From contig NC_092676.1 of NCBI RefSeq assembly GCF_964355755.1, forward strand, positions 16,634,871 to 16,698,870: DNA of 64,000 nt, in the 5' to 3' direction. Numbering within the stretch: the first letter of the stretch is position 1; each line of letters begins with the position of its first letter. The position numbers and the translations under genes were made by a program. Shown here piece after piece: positions 61,930-64,000 of this stretch. Under the pieces are notes generated by a model, which worked only from the letters and a program-made list of their open reading frames with translations, was not told where the DNA came from and ran no database searches. This DNA comes from Antedon mediterranea. Lineage: Eukaryota > Animalia > Echinodermata.

Positions 61930-63297
61930 AAACAAAATAAAAATTGATAACATAAATATTAATCACCTACTGTATGCAGATGATCTAGTTTTAATCAGTG
62001 ATACAGTGTACTCATTACAAGATCTTTTAAATAAACTAAGCATATTATTGTAATAGGTGGGGATTGGTAGTTAACATTGACAAAAGTAAAATAATAGTAT
62101 TTTAAAAAAATGGAAAACTTAAGAACTACGAAAAGTGGAATTATCTTGGTAAAGAAATTGAAATAGTAAAATCTCTTAAATATCTAGGAGTCACTTTCGA
62201 TTGTTCAGGAAATTGGGAAAAGGCCAGAGAACAAAATAATACACAGGCTAATAAAGCACTTTTCTCACTCAAAAATATAAAATCTACCAGTGAATATTTG
62301 GAACTACTTATTTGATGTTAAAATAAACCCAATTATACTGTATGGTAGTGAAATATGAGGAAAACTAAACAACAAAAAAATTGATGATATTCAAAATAAT
62401 TTCTGTAGATATGTTTTAGGGGTCGGGAAATCAGCCACAAATGTTTCAATTAGAGGAGAATGTGGACGATTCTCTTTATCAATCGAAAGTGTACTCAATG
62501 TTATCCGTTATTGGGTAAGACTAATAAATATGAACGAGGACAAATATGCGAAGAAATGTTATAAATCTCAACTTCATAAAGCGCAAAATAATAGTAATTG
62601 TTGGGTAAGCGATGTAAAACATATGTTATGCTCTATTGGTCATGGAAACATATGGTTTTCACAAAATAATGTCCTTGATAAATTTTATATAGTTAATAAA
62701 ATAAAAGAAAGGCTAACCGATATGGAACGCCAATCCTTTCTTGAAAGCATAAATATTTCTTCAAAATTAAGATACTATAAAATGTTCAAAAACAATTTCG
62801 GAGTAGATGGATACTTACTACAGACCCTTGATACTAGATATAGGCGAGCTTTAAGTCAACTAAGACTGGGCACACTTCAACTAGAGGTAGAAAGGGGAAG
62901 ATGGAAAAGAATAGAGCGCAGCAATAGGTTATGTAAAATATGTAATATAAATGAAGTTGAAGATGAATATCATTTTGTTACAGTTTGCTCTCGTTACAAG
63001 GAAATCAGAAAAAAATGTATACCTTCTTTATTTTTGGAAAATCCAAATACTTTTAAATTCTGCCGTTTAATGTCATCACAGGATCCAATAATTATTGATA
63101 ATCTATCTAAATATATTTATCATGCTTATAAGTTAAGATATATGTTTTGCTTAGAGAACGAAATTAATTAATTCATTTATCTTGTGACCATAAATTGCTT
63201 TATTTTCAATGTAATTATTATTTTGTTAATTACTAGGGGCCAGAGGCTTAAAGTAAATAAAGTCAGGCGATAAGCCTGAATGAATGAATGAATGAAT
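61930..63297 (+). mobile_element. 5'-truncated decayed LINE (RTEX/Proto2-like) with C-terminal zinc finger
   Basis: INHLLYADDLVLIS, KYLGV, LEVERGRW..RLCKIC..EDEYHFVTVC; AATAAA at 63255 and a (TGAA)n tail. Confidence 0.8.
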
Positions 63298-63554
63298 GTT
63301 TCGGCTATAACATTGCCAGTGGAATTCAAATCTGTGTGTCTATTATTAATTCCGTTCTGTTTTTTTGTTTAAAGTGCCCGACATGCGTTTCCACCAGCAT
63401 TTCATTCATTGATTCGTTTCCTCTAGATAATGATTCAGCTGCCTGCAGATTGTTCTTGTAATCGAGCTTTGCATTTTTCAAACGATTCAGTATAAATAAA
63501 TATGATCATTATGTCTATTTGACAAAATATGTATATACACAGGTTAACCTTATA

Positions 63555-64000
63555 TAATTTTATCTGGAATAACAAACGGGAAAAGATAAAAGGAAAAACG
63601 CTAATTGGTGATAATGAGATGGGAGGCATTAAAATGCCTGATTTGATGCGCCGCACTAAATGTGTGGATGGTTAAACAGAATTATGAATGGTGATGGTGG
63701 AAAAGAATTCCAAAAAATATGTGATGTTAATATCTAACATAATAAGGTCATGTTCTAGTATTATTGATATTAATTCAGCTAATATTCCACTGTTTATAAA
63801 AATAGGATAAAAGCTTACATAAATTATAATATATTTTCTAAATAAGAACCTAAAACGTGTAATGATATAATGAATGAGCAACTGTGAAACCACACTTTGT
63901 GGCATCGTATGAAAACAAATTCTTAACATTAAACGCAATACTATTGAAACTAAAATTTAAAACAACATGGTAAAATGAGTATTTGTGTATTATTAAGGCA
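63555..64000 (+). mobile_element. L1/Tx1-like LINE ORF2 fragment, decayed
   Basis: FIWNNKREKIKGKTLIGDNEMGGIKMPD, the post-RT motif of L1/Tx1 elements. Confidence 0.55.

Overview
AT-rich animal (invertebrate) genomic DNA, not prokaryotic. The left half holds two spliced host genes in divergent orientation. FANCE is on the minus strand (9 coding exons, 11185->3969, 577 aa) and NCAPH2/condensin II kleisin is on the plus strand (16 coding exons, 17969->29838, 612 aa); both were rebuilt by hand with GT-AG junctions that keep frame. The intergenic region is a stack of nested non-autonomous DNA transposons (Mutator-like and Academ-like). From about 30 kb onward the window is almost all transposable elements: a young but crippled full-length BEL/Pao element, older BEL, Gypsy, DIRS, Academ and Merlin relics, several LINEs and a solo LTR. 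Most notable: (1) the last 14 codons and stop of FANCE are amplified into a ~28-copy 44-bp array that reads as a chain of ATGA-overlapped mini-ORFs and contains AATAAA variants; (2) a CR1-group LINE is split by a non-coding element with Ngaro-type split direct repeats that shares an ATT core at all junctions; (3) the same LINE is split by a Helentron-like tandem element carrying two tRNA-Val copies; (4) a tRNA-Leu primer-binding site is present in four tandem copies. No CRISPR array is present. Family assignments come from motif recognition by eye, with no database search.
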